Below, one piece after another: positions 49,700 through 62,236 of a DNA stretch of 64,000 bases (position 1 is the first letter of the stretch; each line of letters opens with the position of its first letter). Position numbers and translations under genes: made by a program. The notes under the pieces are model-generated. The model saw only the letters and a list, made by a program, of their open reading frames with translations. It searched no databases and had not been told where the DNA came from. Source of the DNA: Nymphaea colorata. Lineage: Eukaryota. Where the stretch lies: contig NC_045138.2 in assembly GCF_008831285.2 (NCBI RefSeq), positions 25,730,001 to 25,794,000 of the forward strand. Reading direction: 5' to 3'.

Positions 49700-50760
49700 G
49701 AAGGCAGATATCTACAATCTCATCAAATGAGAAACTCTTCGTCTATTCAGGAAAAAAGAGATACTATGCAAATTGTATTTGTGCCGCAAGGCCATAACAT
49801 AAATTGAATTGGAGTATTAGATAATAGCCCCCCACTTTAAATGAAAGAAATATTTTTTTTTTCTGATAGCTGAAATTCCTAGACCTCTACTAGCAAAAGG
49901 TAGAGTAACATATTCCCAAGCCACGATGCTTTTTTTTCTTCAGGTTTGTCCTGCACCATAAAATCTCTTAAGAATACGATTGATTTTATTTTCTACCTTG
50001 GCAGGTAAGAAAAGCAATAATAAGAAATAAGAAGGCAGAGAAGAGAGGACATATTTGATCATGGTTACCCGACCAGCTAAGGATAAATTTCTAAATTTTC
50101 AAGAAGCCAATCTACTGTTAATAGTGTCAATGATTGACAACCAAGAGAGTGTCTTGACTGCTTGAAATTGAAGGAACAGCCCAGATATTCAATAGGAAGA
50201 TCAACAATTTGACATTGAAAAAGATGAGAGGCAGCAAACTTAGTATATGCATCAACTTTTAACAAAGTAATAAACGTTTTGTCTTTATTAATGTCAAGAC
50301 CATATGTCATAGAGAAAATACAAATAATGAACAATACTATCATTTGTTGAGGAGTTGCTTCCCCAAAAAGGACCAAGTCATCTGCATACTCAACAATATT
50401 AAATGAGAGATCATCCACATTGATTGGGTTAAGCAACCCATTTGCCACTTTTCTTTTAATTAAGACAGAAGCGCCATCGACGTCCATTGACAACGAGAGA
50501 TGCATCTGATTTGGTAAGCAACTCTTTGATCCAAGAGATATATGGTCTACCAAAATATACAAAAAAAGACCGGTACTTACCATAAAGAATATAAAAAAAA
50601 AAACGCCACCCACCGCACAACCTGCCAGCCTTGTTGACATTGATATTAACCATACCTGACCTGAGTGGGTTACGACACGGCCACACAAGACAATATGAAA
50701 GCATTTACTGCCATTAAGGGTGGAACCATAATTTTTTTTTATGGGGCATTAAGCATATAG
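49700..50760 (-). mobile_element. Degenerate L1-type LINE reverse transcriptase fragment
   Basis: VEYADDLVLF, GLDINKDKT and LPIEYLG motifs in the 50077-50688 frame; boundaries approximate. Confidence 0.75.
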
Positions 50761-51435
50761 ATAATAAATTTTTAATTGGCGTAGGACAATGACTGAGTCT
50801 CATGGAGTTGTCCTGTATCACTGAACCAATATACAGTGGAAAGGATGCGGTGGACTCATGCCGTGGTGGCTCCTAGCGGTCGCTGTTTCTATTCTTACTC
50901 ACTCACCACCTGAAAAAAAATCAGACCGACAAAACGAAACCAAAGGGCGGAATTGATTCCCCGCGATCGTGGAAGAGTTTTTGTTCGGCTTTCCGGTGCT
51001 CGATTCTTCTCCTTCCTCACTCTTTTTTTCCTCTTTCCGGTGACATCGCGTAATATTATCTTAGTTAACAACAGTTTCAACATTCTAAATTTTTTCCATG
51101 ATTTTCAACAAGATAGACATCCAGCATATAATAATCCATGTTAAACAAACACACCCCCATTTTATTTTGTAAATTCCCATTCCACTGATGGATTTTTAGG
51201 ATTTCTGTCTTGCTGCTGCCAAACACTACCCTACCCTAATGAACCACTAAAACCTGTGGCCACGGATGGAAGGGGGCCATGCCAACCATCAACATCCAAA
51301 AATGATGTGTGGCTCACAGATTCTGGCCGACCCTTTAGACGGAAGAGAGCAACTAGTGCGTTGTCACCACTTAGCCGAGCAAATCTTCTTCAAGGCCTCG
51401 GGGCCTGCTAAAGAAGCCCAGAGAGAGAGAGAGCC

Positions 51436-52848
51436 ATGGAGTCAACAGTGGTCATCTTCCCAATCACCACAACAGGCCACCTCGTCTCCGTGATTGAGCT
51501 CGCCAAATTCATCTCCCAGCTAAACCCACGCCTCTCCATCACCACCCTTTTGATGCCCAGTCTTCTAGGTCCTTCTCCAGCTTCTGCGCACACGGAGACG
51601 GTCGCATCCACCGCCCTCAATGTCCGCTTCGTCCACCTCCCTCCAGTTGAACTGACCGTCAACCTGCAAAATGCCCAACCGGAGACCTTAGTCTCTCTCT
51701 GCGTTGAGAGGTACAAGCCCTTGGTGTCCGACCACCTCCGGTCACTTTGTGCATCCACCAAGGTCTCGGCCTTCGTCATCGATTTCTTCTGCACCACCAT
51801 GATCGACGTCGCTGCACAGTTGAATATCCCCACATACGTCTTCTTCACCTCAGGGGCGTACCTATTGTCCTTGTTGCTGCACCTCCCCAAATTGGACGCC
51901 ATGATTTCTTCCGAGTTCGTAGAATCCACGACCAACATAACCATCCCCGGCATGCCTTCTCTCCCACCACACGACCTGCTGATGCCTCTCAAGGATAGGA
52001 AGAACGACGCTTACAGGTGGATGCTCTACCATTCGCAGAAGCTGCACGAGATTAAGGGGTTCTTAGTGAATACGTTCGACGACTTGCAACCGCGACTTGC
52101 AGACGCCGTGCCCCAGTTGGTCGCCGGCGATGGCGCCGGCCCCGCCGTTCTCCCTGTCGGACCGCTGTTGGCCCTTGACACGAACAAGGGATCGGACCAC
52201 GAATGCATCCAGTGGCTAGACGATCAACCCGATGGGTCTGTGGTTTTTCTATGTTTCGGCAGTTGGGGCGCCCTCCCTGATAACCAGCTCCGAGAAGTGG
52301 CACGTGGGCTGGAGCTTAGCGGGCAGAGGTTCTTGTGGTCCGCGCGATCTCGGCCACCGCCCGGAGAGATGATTCAGTGGCGAGACGCCAATCTGGAGGA
52401 GGTTTTGCCGGACGGCTTTTTGGAGCGGACCCGCGATCGGGGATTGGTTTGGCCGACGTGGGTGCCCCAAGTCGCCATTCTCTCACACCGATCCGTCGGT
52501 GGGTTTGTGTCGCACTGTGGGTGGAACTCTACTCTGGAGAGCGTCTGGTTCGGGGTGCCGCTGATCTCCTGGCCCCTCTTTGCAGAGCAGAGGATGAACG
52601 CATTCGAGTTGGTGAACGATCTGGGGTTGGCTGTAGGCTTGAAGAAGGAGAGCGTCGAGGACGACGCCTTTGTGAGGGCAGAGGAGTTGGAGAGGGCGGT
52701 GAGGCAGTTGATGGAAGGTGAGGAAGGGGAGATGGTGAGAACGAAGATGAAGGCGGTGAAGGAGTTGGCAAGAAAGGCGGTGAAGGAAGGCGGATCTTCG
52801 TACAATAATTTGAAGATGGTGGTGGCTGAGTGGAGCAGAGACCAGTGA
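51436..52848 (+). CDS. UDP-glycosyltransferase, group E, 470 aa
   Basis: VVIFPITTTGHL, IDFFC, PTYVFFTSGA, PSPG WVPQ...HCGWNS...FAEQ. Confidence 0.95.
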   Translation: MESTVVIFPITTTGHLVSVIELAKFISQLNPRLSITTLLMPSLLGPSPASAHTETVASTALNVRFVHLPPVELTVNLQNAQPETLVSLCVERYKPLVSDHLRSLCASTKVSAFVIDFFCTTMIDVAAQLNIPTYVFFTSGAYLLSLLLHLPKLDAMISSEFVESTTNITIPGMPSLPPHDLLMPLKDRKNDAYRWMLYHSQKLHEIKGFLVNTFDDLQPRLADAVPQLVAGDGAGPAVLPVGPLLALDTNKGSDHECIQWLDDQPDGSVVFLCFGSWGALPDNQLREVARGLELSGQRFLWSARSRPPPGEMIQWRDANLEEVLPDGFLERTRDRGLVWPTWVPQVAILSHRSVGGFVSHCGWNSTLESVWFGVPLISWPLFAEQRMNAFELVNDLGLAVGLKKESVEDDAFVRAEELERAVRQLMEGEEGEMVRTKMKAVKELARKAVKEGGSSYNNLKMVVAEWSRDQ

Positions 52849-55776
52849 TTTGGCCTTCCTTCGGCCCTTCGGCATTGTTACGAACTCGTGATGGGCTTCC
52901 TCTGCGTTCTGCCTTGGCTGTATCTTTTTTTTTTTTTTCACTCTCTAATTTACTTTTTCTACTCCATGCCACCTAATGAAAATGTGATGTACCTCGGTAA
53001 TGGCAATTTGCTTTACACTTTCTCCCTCTCTATATTTTGTACGCAGTTTTTTGTTCTTTTGTTCGCCGCTGTCTTCGAATCTCAGTCCTGAAAGACACCA
53101 TAGTTACAAACATTCAAAAAGTCTATATAATACTCATAAAATGCAGGTTTCTGCTGGCATCACCTGTCTAACCTCAGCTTGTCTACCCACTTAAAAGCTA
53201 AAGATTTCAGTTTGGAGCAATAAAATCTGCACGGTGGACAAGAAGATCAGCCCATACTTCAAAGGGGTCGGTCCTAGAGGACTGAATTCAAAGAAATTTT
53301 GCATCCTGAAATTCTGAATTCGATCTTCCATGGGGACTCATTTTGAGTGATTCCATCATTGAACAGGTCTGAAGACGACGACGTAACGAGAACTCGACCC
53401 GTACCGGCAGAAATTGGAATCAATCCCAATAGTCCGGATCGGCTAAGCGAATCTGGGTCTTAATGTCCGACCCATTCTTCATGGAACGCTTACTTGCTTA
53501 ATGTTCTTGACTTTGTTTTTTTGAGATATGGTTTCATCAGTTGTTGGCTGACAGCGGAACCCATCAATGGCTGCTGATGACCCTGCCATTTGAGAAATGG
53601 TGTTGTGAAACTTCACTTGGATCAATGAAATAAGTTGTAGAAACATCTAATTGGACGGTTGAGTTGTACTTAAAATCTTTGCTAGGGGATGTTTTTTGAC
53701 TTTCCTTCCGGCAAGTTTTCAGAAAGTATAATTCTTCGCAATTCTCGTTATTTATGTTGTTCTTTTGTTAATTCACATAAACAAGATTATTCGCTATCCT
53801 TTATGAGAAAAGGAAAACAAAGGTACCAGACATCCTACTATCTAAGATTGAGATAAAACGTCTTGGTTTTTCTCCACGGGTAGAAAATAAAATCAGCAGG
53901 TTCTGTGATGTACTGATATAGTTTTATTCTCTCTCTTATGCTACTTGCAGTGGAGCAAAAGAAAACGCCCAGATTTAAAAAGTGTTCTTACCGCAGTAGT
54001 GCAATACAATTCCTGGAATGGTGGGGGTCTGATTGCTGTCAGCTATGAGGCTCGAAAATATGGCGTGAAACGGTGGGTAACATAGCATCCAATTCTACCA
54101 TCATCTCATTCTCTGAATCAAAATATTGTTTAAGGAACCTCAAATTTTCAACTTTTGTCAGCTCTATGCGTGGAGATGAGGCTAAAAAAGTCTGTCCAGA
54201 GATCCAATTAATTCAGCTTCCAGTAGCTCGGGGTAAAGCTGACCTAAACTTGTAGAGAGATGCAGGATCTGAGGTTTGTCAAACCAAACGACATGACATT
54301 GCACTTTATCCTTTCAACTATTAAGCAGTGTATTTTGATACGTTCGGTTATGTTTCCTAAGCGTATACCATAACCCATGTAGGTTGTTTCTGTGCTTGCA
54401 AGAAAAGGAAGGTGTGAGCGTGCATCTATCGATGAGGTTTACCTTGACCTCACAGATGCAGCCAGAGACATGCTATCTGAAAGTCCTCCTGAAACTCTGT
54501 AAGCATTTGATGATGAAACAACGAAGATCCATGTTATAGAGTTTTGCAAGGTTTGTCCTTTTTAACAATATTGATTTTTAGTGTATATTCACTGTCCACT
54601 TGTTGCATGAATGCAAATTTTCACGTGTGTAGGATGAAGCAGATAGAGAATTGGTAGTTAAGGAGTGGCTCTGTCGCAGTGATGCTGACTGCAATGATAA
54701 GTTACTAGCTTGTGGGGCTGTTATTGTGGCAGCCCTTCGAAAGGAAGTTTTGATGGAGACAAAGTTTACATGTTCTGCTGGAATTGCTCACAATAAGGTG
54801 AATTTTTTCATCTGTACATTCTTCATGATCATTATCTTGTCTCTTATTAGATTTAAAAAATACACAGTCTGGGTTTAGGAAGTACAGCTATACTTGGCTG
54901 TAAGGCTTGTTTGTTTTGTGCATCTATTCTTGTATTGACCTTTAAATTAAATTTGAAATCCTGGTAGTACTGTGTCTGTTGCAATTTTGGCAGATGCTGG
55001 CAAAACTTTCAAGTGCAATGCATAAGCCTGCACAACAAACTATAGTACCATTATCATCTGTCAAAGAGTTACTGGCATCTCTCCCCATAAAGAAAATGTA
55101 ATTCTCTGTTACTGCTTGTTTTGCTTGGGACTTTAGATTAGCGGAATGCATCGATGTAGACTGCCATTGCTATAGCCTTTTCAATATAATACTTTCTAAG
55201 CTTTAGGTTGTTGCTCTTTGTAGTTTGTCCTATAGAGACCAGCCAAGTCCTCCATTACAGCTTCTTTGCTTTTGCCTGGTTTTGGTGCTCAAGCATTGTT
55301 CTTTTCAGGAAGCAGCTTGGAGGAAAACTGGGTAGCTCGGTTGAAAGTGATCTTGGGGCGCATTTTGTTGGTTTTCTGAAGAAAAACTTTAGTCACTTTA
55401 TGGAATAAATACTGGGTCGGTGGTTTGATTGATAAAAAAAAGCATGTTCATGCCAAAAGTTCCATTAACATGAATATTCAGCTGATCATCCAACTGCATG
55501 AATGGCATGTGTTAAGAGACATACCAAAAAAAGTATGAAATGCTTTTTTTCAGAAGTTTGCACATTTATAGAGAGTAAATTTGTTAGGACGTTGCTTTTT
55601 CTTTTTTTTTTTTAGGGCTGCTGTGTGTGTAAGGTCCACAATTTTATTTCCTTTTTCTTAGTTATGGAAATATTAATAGGTGAAGGAAATATAAACAATA
55701 GATGTCAAATTAATGAGCCGTTATGGAAAGAAAGAAAGGGGAAAGGAAAAAACTGACGGGTTATTACGTTCCTAAC

Positions 55777-56352
55777 TAAAGCTGGGCATCGGGCCGGCCC
55801 GGCCCGTTAAAAATGTAAAAAACGAGGCTCGACATTATAAACGGGCTAGCCTGTGGCCCAGTCCGTTTAGAAACGGGCCGGGCCCACCTAATATCGGGCC
55901 TTGGGCTTCAACTTATGCTCGAGGTCCGGCCCGGCCCGATTATTAACGGGCCGGGCTGGGCTTTTTCGGGTTAAAGGAGTTGAAGAACATGGGGAGGGAG
56001 ACAAGTGAGCTTGGCACCGGCGACCCATAGAAACGGAGGCTTAAGTTGTAGCGGTTTTCAGATGACAGGGGTGGAGAGATATAAGGGAATGGTCATGTTC
56101 TGGCAGACCTCGGGCAATGCGCGTCGCTCGGCTACCTCAACATTCAGTTTTTTGAAAAAAAAAATAATGATGTCGGGCTTCTCGGGCCGCCGACGATAAC
56201 AACGGCAGGCCCGAGCCCGACCCGTTAATTACCAGGCCGGGCTGAGCCCGTTAACCTCAGCCCGGAAATCATTATTTCAAGGCCCGGGCCCAGGCCCGTA
56301 ACGGGCCGGGTACCGGGTACCCGGCGGTGGCCCGGCCCGTTGCCCAGGCTTA
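55777..56352. mobile_element. hAT-type MITE in the POLH pseudogene intron
   Basis: TIRs TAAAGCTGGGCATCGGGCCGG / reverse complement TAAGCCTGGGCAACGGGCCGG; perfect 8-bp TSD TTCCTAAC (55769-55776, 56353-56360); subterminal GGCCCG arrays. Confidence 0.9.
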
Positions 56353-57707
56353 TTCCTAACTACTACAGCCCTAGACGTGAGAGTCCAAAGACAAGAGAAA
56401 GAGGAAAAGGAAGAGAGAGAGAGAGAGAGGGACGTCCTCATCTTTGCCCTCCTTCTAGTTGAGATAGAGATTGGTGGCTGCTGGAAAGGAACGAGAAGCA
56501 AAAAAAAAGGGGTTGGTGCTCGAAATTCATCTCGGTTAACAGGTATGGGAATGTTCAACTACGATTGCAGCATGTAGCCTTGTATTTTGTTGCTTGTAAA
56601 TACATGGATATATATGCATTTTATAGTAGTAAATCTATGTATCTATGCCCCTAGACATGAGTAGAAGCATGAGCTGTTGTAGGCTGGAAATAAGACACAG
56701 CCCTCTTACTCGTAGATATCCTTGGTCGCGTGTGATTTCCTGAAATTTCACCAAAATGGATTTGCATAACGTCTGAATCCTAGAGAAAACAATTTAATTG
56801 CATATGTCCTCCATTTGAAGTCTGAACCGTGGCATACGGATATCAGAATGTTATCAATTTTTAAATGCCTGTAAGAATAAAATAACTAGTCATAAGCTGT
56901 CCATAGGTGAAATTGAAAGTATAATAGAAAGGACAGAAATTTGATTTCAAATGTCTCCGCAATGTTTGATTCAAAACAGTTTGACAGTTAGAGGAAGGCT
57001 TCAGAATCGTTATTGCTTTGTTTAAACCGATATTTACTTAGTGGCGAGCATCTACAAAGATGGAATCACTACATGCTAGGTGATTGGTAAGGATCTGAAT
57101 TAGTTGCTGTCTTGCGTGTTTCTCTCATACAATTGTTCCAGTCCCCACTTTTAGGATAATTTATCTTACTGTTCTTGCTCATGGTCCAAAGAAAATCAGA
57201 TCGGTAAAAGTCTGAATTTGGCCATCTTGATAGGCAAGTTCAGGTGGCAGACCCGCATCAGATTGTACCAAATCAGATGTATCATGATTAAAATTCTGAC
57301 CTTTTGCAATTGAAGTTTTGATGCCATTGATATACGAAACACTTTATGCGCCTATCGGGATACTTTTCAAATGATGATTTTCTTGAGGAAGTATTAGAAG
57401 CATGAGTTAGATATGGATGAGCCGCAACCTACAAATTTGTTGTATACTTGATATAGTTCTGCGGTAATCTGCCCACTAGATGCGTATATATGTAATTAGT
57501 TGTTGCAACCCATTAGTTATCACTGTGAACATGTTATTTGCATAAAACAGAATTGGTTGAGGCTAAATCGCAGTAATCAGATTAATTAGACCTCTCGTCT
57601 GTTGCATGGGTCGCCGCATACGATATATATACGTGGATGTTCACTACAGAAACCATTGGAGGCAAGAACTGTTTTGTTCCTACGTTTTTTTCAGTGTATG
57701 TGAAATC

Positions 57708-58212
57708 TGAAACTATGGCGGATTCCCGCGGCCGGCGTTGTTAGCTCCAGTGTCAGAAAATAACAATTAAGGACTCGTTGGATTCATCTGCTTGCGTATA
57801 TTATTCCTATAAAATTTCATAATTTTTGGAGCCGCCGATAAAAAGATATGAATTTTTGAGTGAGTGCCTCTCGCTGGAGTGTTTTCTGCGACAGAAAGTC
57901 TGAAAACTACGTCAGATTCCGGCGACCGGCGTTGTCAGCTCCGGTGTTGGAAAATAACGAGTAAGGGCTTGTTGGATTCGTCTATTTATGAATATTACTC
58001 CTGTTAAATTTCATAATTTTTGGGTAAGAGGTTGAGGAGATACAGATTTTTGAGTGACCATGTGTTGCTGGAATACCTCTTTGTGAAACCAAAAACTGCA
58101 CCAGATTTCGGTGACCGGCGATGTCAGTTCTGGTGTCGGAATATGTCGAGTAAGATCTCATTGGATTCATCTGATTCTGAAGATTATCCCTGTAAAATTT
58201 CATCATTTTTTG
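57708..58212 (+). repeat. About 2.6 diverged tandem units of ~190 bp
   Basis: aaact...gatt.cgg.gaccggcg.tgt.ag.tc...ttggattc.tct...aaatttcat.atttttt at ~57708, ~57900 and ~58090. Confidence 0.8.
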
Positions 58213-58264
58213 AAAAACGTAATGTAATGTTATGCATTATTGCTCTGTGGTACCCTTAGATCTA

Positions 58265-59390
58265 TTTACAATTTCAGAAAAAAAAGTTTTGAAACCTCTT
58301 GTTTCTATATGATGATCACCATATTATTATTTGAGATTTTTGAACGTGATATACTTTGTTTTGATGCATGTCTTTCGACTTTGCCTTGTTGCCATTAAAT
58401 TAAGTTGAAAAATGGCTTATTGTTTCTGTTTGAGAAACCGAGCCTGAGGACGGTTTCTGTGAGAGGTAATAGACGATGTCTAGTGATGAGAAACCATCAC
58501 ATTTGAAATTCAAAGGCGAAACGGAGACTATGTATAATGGTTTAAGCGAGTGTGAGCTTGTGTTCTTGCCCAGTGTTTGGTTTTGTCCCAGGAGGTAGTG
58601 GCGCGCATCAGCCTACTATTGTCGCACACTCCTTTGTCTGTACTGGAGGGCCCACAGGATATTGGGCTGCATAAGGGCCCGGGATTTTGCTGCTGTTGTA
58701 GGAGAGTGAGGCATCTCTTGGTCCCTCAACCCGGGTTCTTAGAAGGGCCACGCTGCTGCAGCGGCGATCTGAGATATTTCAGGAGGCTTCACTGCCGGTT
58801 ACCCTCGATCTGTTGGATCGCTTGGTACAGAGATGTTCTGTTCTACTCGTGAGTGCCCACGGGGATTTCTGCTGTTGCTCGGCATGATGACCATGACATT
58901 GTCAGAGAACCACAGTTGGAAGCCTATGATATTTTGAAGGTTGTGTATACCTCGTTTTGTTTCGGATAATGTGACGTAACTCTAATATGTATTAAGATTT
59001 GGAGACCTATGGTTGTATTTCATGAACCCCTTTTATGAAATCGTTTTACAAAATCAAATATTATTTTGTTGGGCCATGTTTCATTCATAACTGGATTTTT
59101 TCATACTCAGATGAATTTTGACACTTCTTTCTTTCTCTACAGGTAGTTCTTGACAGATTATGGCTCATGGAGGGACGACCTCAGTCTTGTGATGGACGGG
59201 CATTGACATTCTAGATACTACGTCGGTTTTGGGATTTATGGTTAATTTAGTTGTTTGGGTCCAAGTATTTTATTATTGAAATAAAACAGCGTCTGATTTC
59301 TTTATGTTTTAGTCATGACTCAATGTTGCTTCTGCTATTGATGCAATGAAAAAAAAAATTGGTGTCAAAAATTGAGTCGTGAGAGTGTGC
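58265..59390 (+). mobile_element. Interspersed LTR-like repeat (second copy) within the POLH pseudogene intron
   Basis: Reverse-complement homolog of 42810-43900; non-coding. Confidence 0.7.
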
Positions 59391-60585
59391 ACTCACACAT
59401 GTTCATTTGGCGGTTTATTCTGTTTACTGTAACTGGATATGCACTACTTATTCCTCTGGGACTGATTATTCCTCTTTTTTAATCCATCACTCAGTACATG
59501 GTTATGGAATATCGCCAGGGGCATCAGTGGGGAAGAAGTTAAGGGTCATTTGCATCCCTTGAGCCATGGCTGTGGGAAGACATTTCCAGGTCCGAAAGCC
59601 TTGAGAACGATTTCTGCTGTAAGTATTTCTTTTTTATTCGTTTTTGACTTGTTATGTTTTTTATAGCTTCTTATAGTACCACTACCTTGCATATTCTTGT
59701 GGATGTTCTTACATTGATATGCTACCTTGCTTGTTCTTATTTTGTTCAACATGGGATCTTTGACAGCATATCAAACTGATGATCTCATTTCTGGCTCATG
59801 TTCTCCAGTTAGCCACTCTGAGTATGTTTATCTGCTGGTGTTATGTTCACTACCTTGTTTTAAATGTTCTTTTGTGCCCTTGACTAAAAAACCAAGATTA
59901 CTTGCCTGTTGTGGTGCACTGAGAAGACAGGAGAGCATTTCTTACCATATCAATCTCCTTTGGTCACTCTTCTTATGGGTACTACTGCATTAATGTACAA
60001 GGAGTCTTAGGAAGATACTCATTATTGCCTAGCATGTTAACGGAGGACACATGAGTATCTCAGAAACCCATCACGAGTTTTGTTATGTGTTATTATATAA
60101 GAGCTGCATGCTATTATGAACAAATATTCCCCTACATGTCTAGTATTAATAACTACAAACTGAGCAAGGAAGTTCCTTCAATTATGGACAAATATTCCCC
60201 TACATGTCTAGTGTAAGTAACAAATATTAACATAATGTACGAGATCCTTAGAAGGATATGACAGAAACATACTAAGAAATAGTTTTGATCTGCCATGCTC
60301 ATACAAATGTATGCGGATATACTTACACTAGACCCATTCATGAAGGAACTTGCCACCCATATCATATCTATACACACACGTGCGTACCAACATCTATATA
60401 TATATACCTTCATAAGAACATGAGTTTTCCCTGTGGAATTTATTTTAAGCGACATAGGCTATAGAAGTATCCGTTTATGCACCTTTGAAATTGAGGTATC
60501 ATCACGTCAAATCACCCTTTCATCTACCATCTATCATAAGGCTTATCATGCTACATGCTTTTTTAATAAATCTGATTATATTCTA

Positions 60586-62175
60586 AATTGCAGGAGCAAC
60601 TTTATAATCATGTTCAACCTTTCATTTTAATGTAATGCATACTAGCAATTTGAGTCTGACAGCCTACCTCTTACTCTAAGCCTACTCGTATACACATTAC
60701 ATATTTACTTTAAATATCTTTGTTCCATAAGTATAACATATTTTTGAATTATGTGTTAAACAAACGTTTGAATATTCTCATACCTTATTCCTTCAAGGTG
60801 CCGTCAATTTGATGTACTTGCAGGGCTACTCCAAGGCAATCCAACAACTCCCTAGCTTCTTTGATCATCCAAGACGCGAATGACAAACATGTAGACCAAT
60901 CCCTCTTTGCTGTCAATATTCACCCCAAGATACAAGAAAACAAGAATTATCTCCCTCTTTTCTCCAATTTCTAATTGTTGAGACCTCCCCTCTATGGCTG
61001 AAGCAAATGGGAACCGAAATTATTGTAGTAGAGCGTTAAACAAGGCCAATACATGAGCAGCAACACCTCCTTACGAATTTTATGAAAATGGCTTTTCACC
61101 TGCCCTCATTTTTCCTTAATTTCTCATTTAACATTTTCAATTACTACCCCCCAATCATGCTTATATTAATTTGCTCTTTTATTTTTTCATAACTGCACCT
61201 CTTTATCACATAGTTGACAATTTTTCTTAGACTTAAAAGAGTTATTTAAATCTACCATTTATAGCGGGTACTTTTATTAAAGTTTTTTCAAAAACGTTGA
61301 ACCTTACGCGGATCATGCCAACCATCAACATCCAAAAAGAGAGCAACTAGTGCCTAATTGCAGGAGCAATTCTATAATCATGTTCAACCTTTCGTTTTAA
61401 TGTAATGCATACTAGCAATTTCAATCTGACAGCCTACTTCTTACTCTAAGCAACTAAGCCACTCGTATACACATTACATATATACTTTTATATATCTATA
61501 ATCCATAACATATTTTTGAATTATGTGCTGCACAAACGTTTGAATATTCTCATACCTTATTGCTTCAAGGTGCAGTCAATTTGATGTGATTGCAGGGCTA
61601 CTCCAAGGCGATCCAACAGCTTCCTAGCTTCTTTGATCCTCCAAGATGCGAATGACAGACATGTAGACCAATCCCTCTTTGCTCTCGATCTTCACCCCAA
61701 GATACAAGAAAACAAGAATTATCTCTCTCTTTTCCCCCATTTCTAATTGTTCGAACCTTCCCTCTATGGCTGCAGCATATGGGAACCCAAATTATTGCAC
61801 TAGAGCATTACACAAGGCCAATACATGAGCAGCAACACCTCCTTACTAATTTTATGAAAATGGCTTTTCAGCTGCCCTCATTCTTCTTTAATTTCTCCTT
61901 TAACATCTTCAATTACTACCCCCAATCATGCTTATATTAATTAGCTCTTTTATTTTTTCATAACTGCACCTCTTCCTCTTTATGACATATTTGACAATTT
62001 TTCTTAGACTTAAAAGAGTTATTTAAATCTACCATTTATAGCGGGTACTTTTATTAAAGTTCTTTCAAAAGCGTTGAACCTTACCCTACCCTGCTCTAAT
62101 GAACCACTAGCACCTGTGGCCACTTATGGAACGGATCATGCCAACCATCAACATAAAAAAAGAGAGCAACTAGTG
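60586..62175 (+). repeat. Tandem duplication (~770 bp x2) of the UGT upstream region
   Basis: aattgcaggagcaa...gagagcaactagtg at 60586-61353 and 61354-62175. Confidence 0.95.
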
Positions 62176-62236
62176 TGTTGCCTCCACTAGCGCAGCAAAT
62201 CTTCTTTCTTCGAGGCCTACCGAGAGAGAGAGAGCC

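Larger units (their letters stand above)
53951..59618 (+). pseudogene. POLH: DNA polymerase eta (Y-family, RAD30-like) pseudogene, 5' half only
   Basis: Spliced exons: AVVQYNSWNGGGLIAVSYEARKYGVKR (53951-54072), SMRGDEAKKVCP...GKADLNL* (stop 54253), CERASIDEVYLDLT (stop 54500), FTCSAGIAHNK, MLAKLSSAMHKPAQQT, KQLGGKLG (deletion and stop), TWLWNIARGISGEEV...SHGCGKTFPGP (59495-59618); first exon (HVDMDCFY-type) and 3' exons not found. Confidence 0.93.

Noticed and set aside
57642..57652. CACTACAGAAA as a CACTA transposon terminus
   Set aside because: No matching right TIR or 3-bp TSD found
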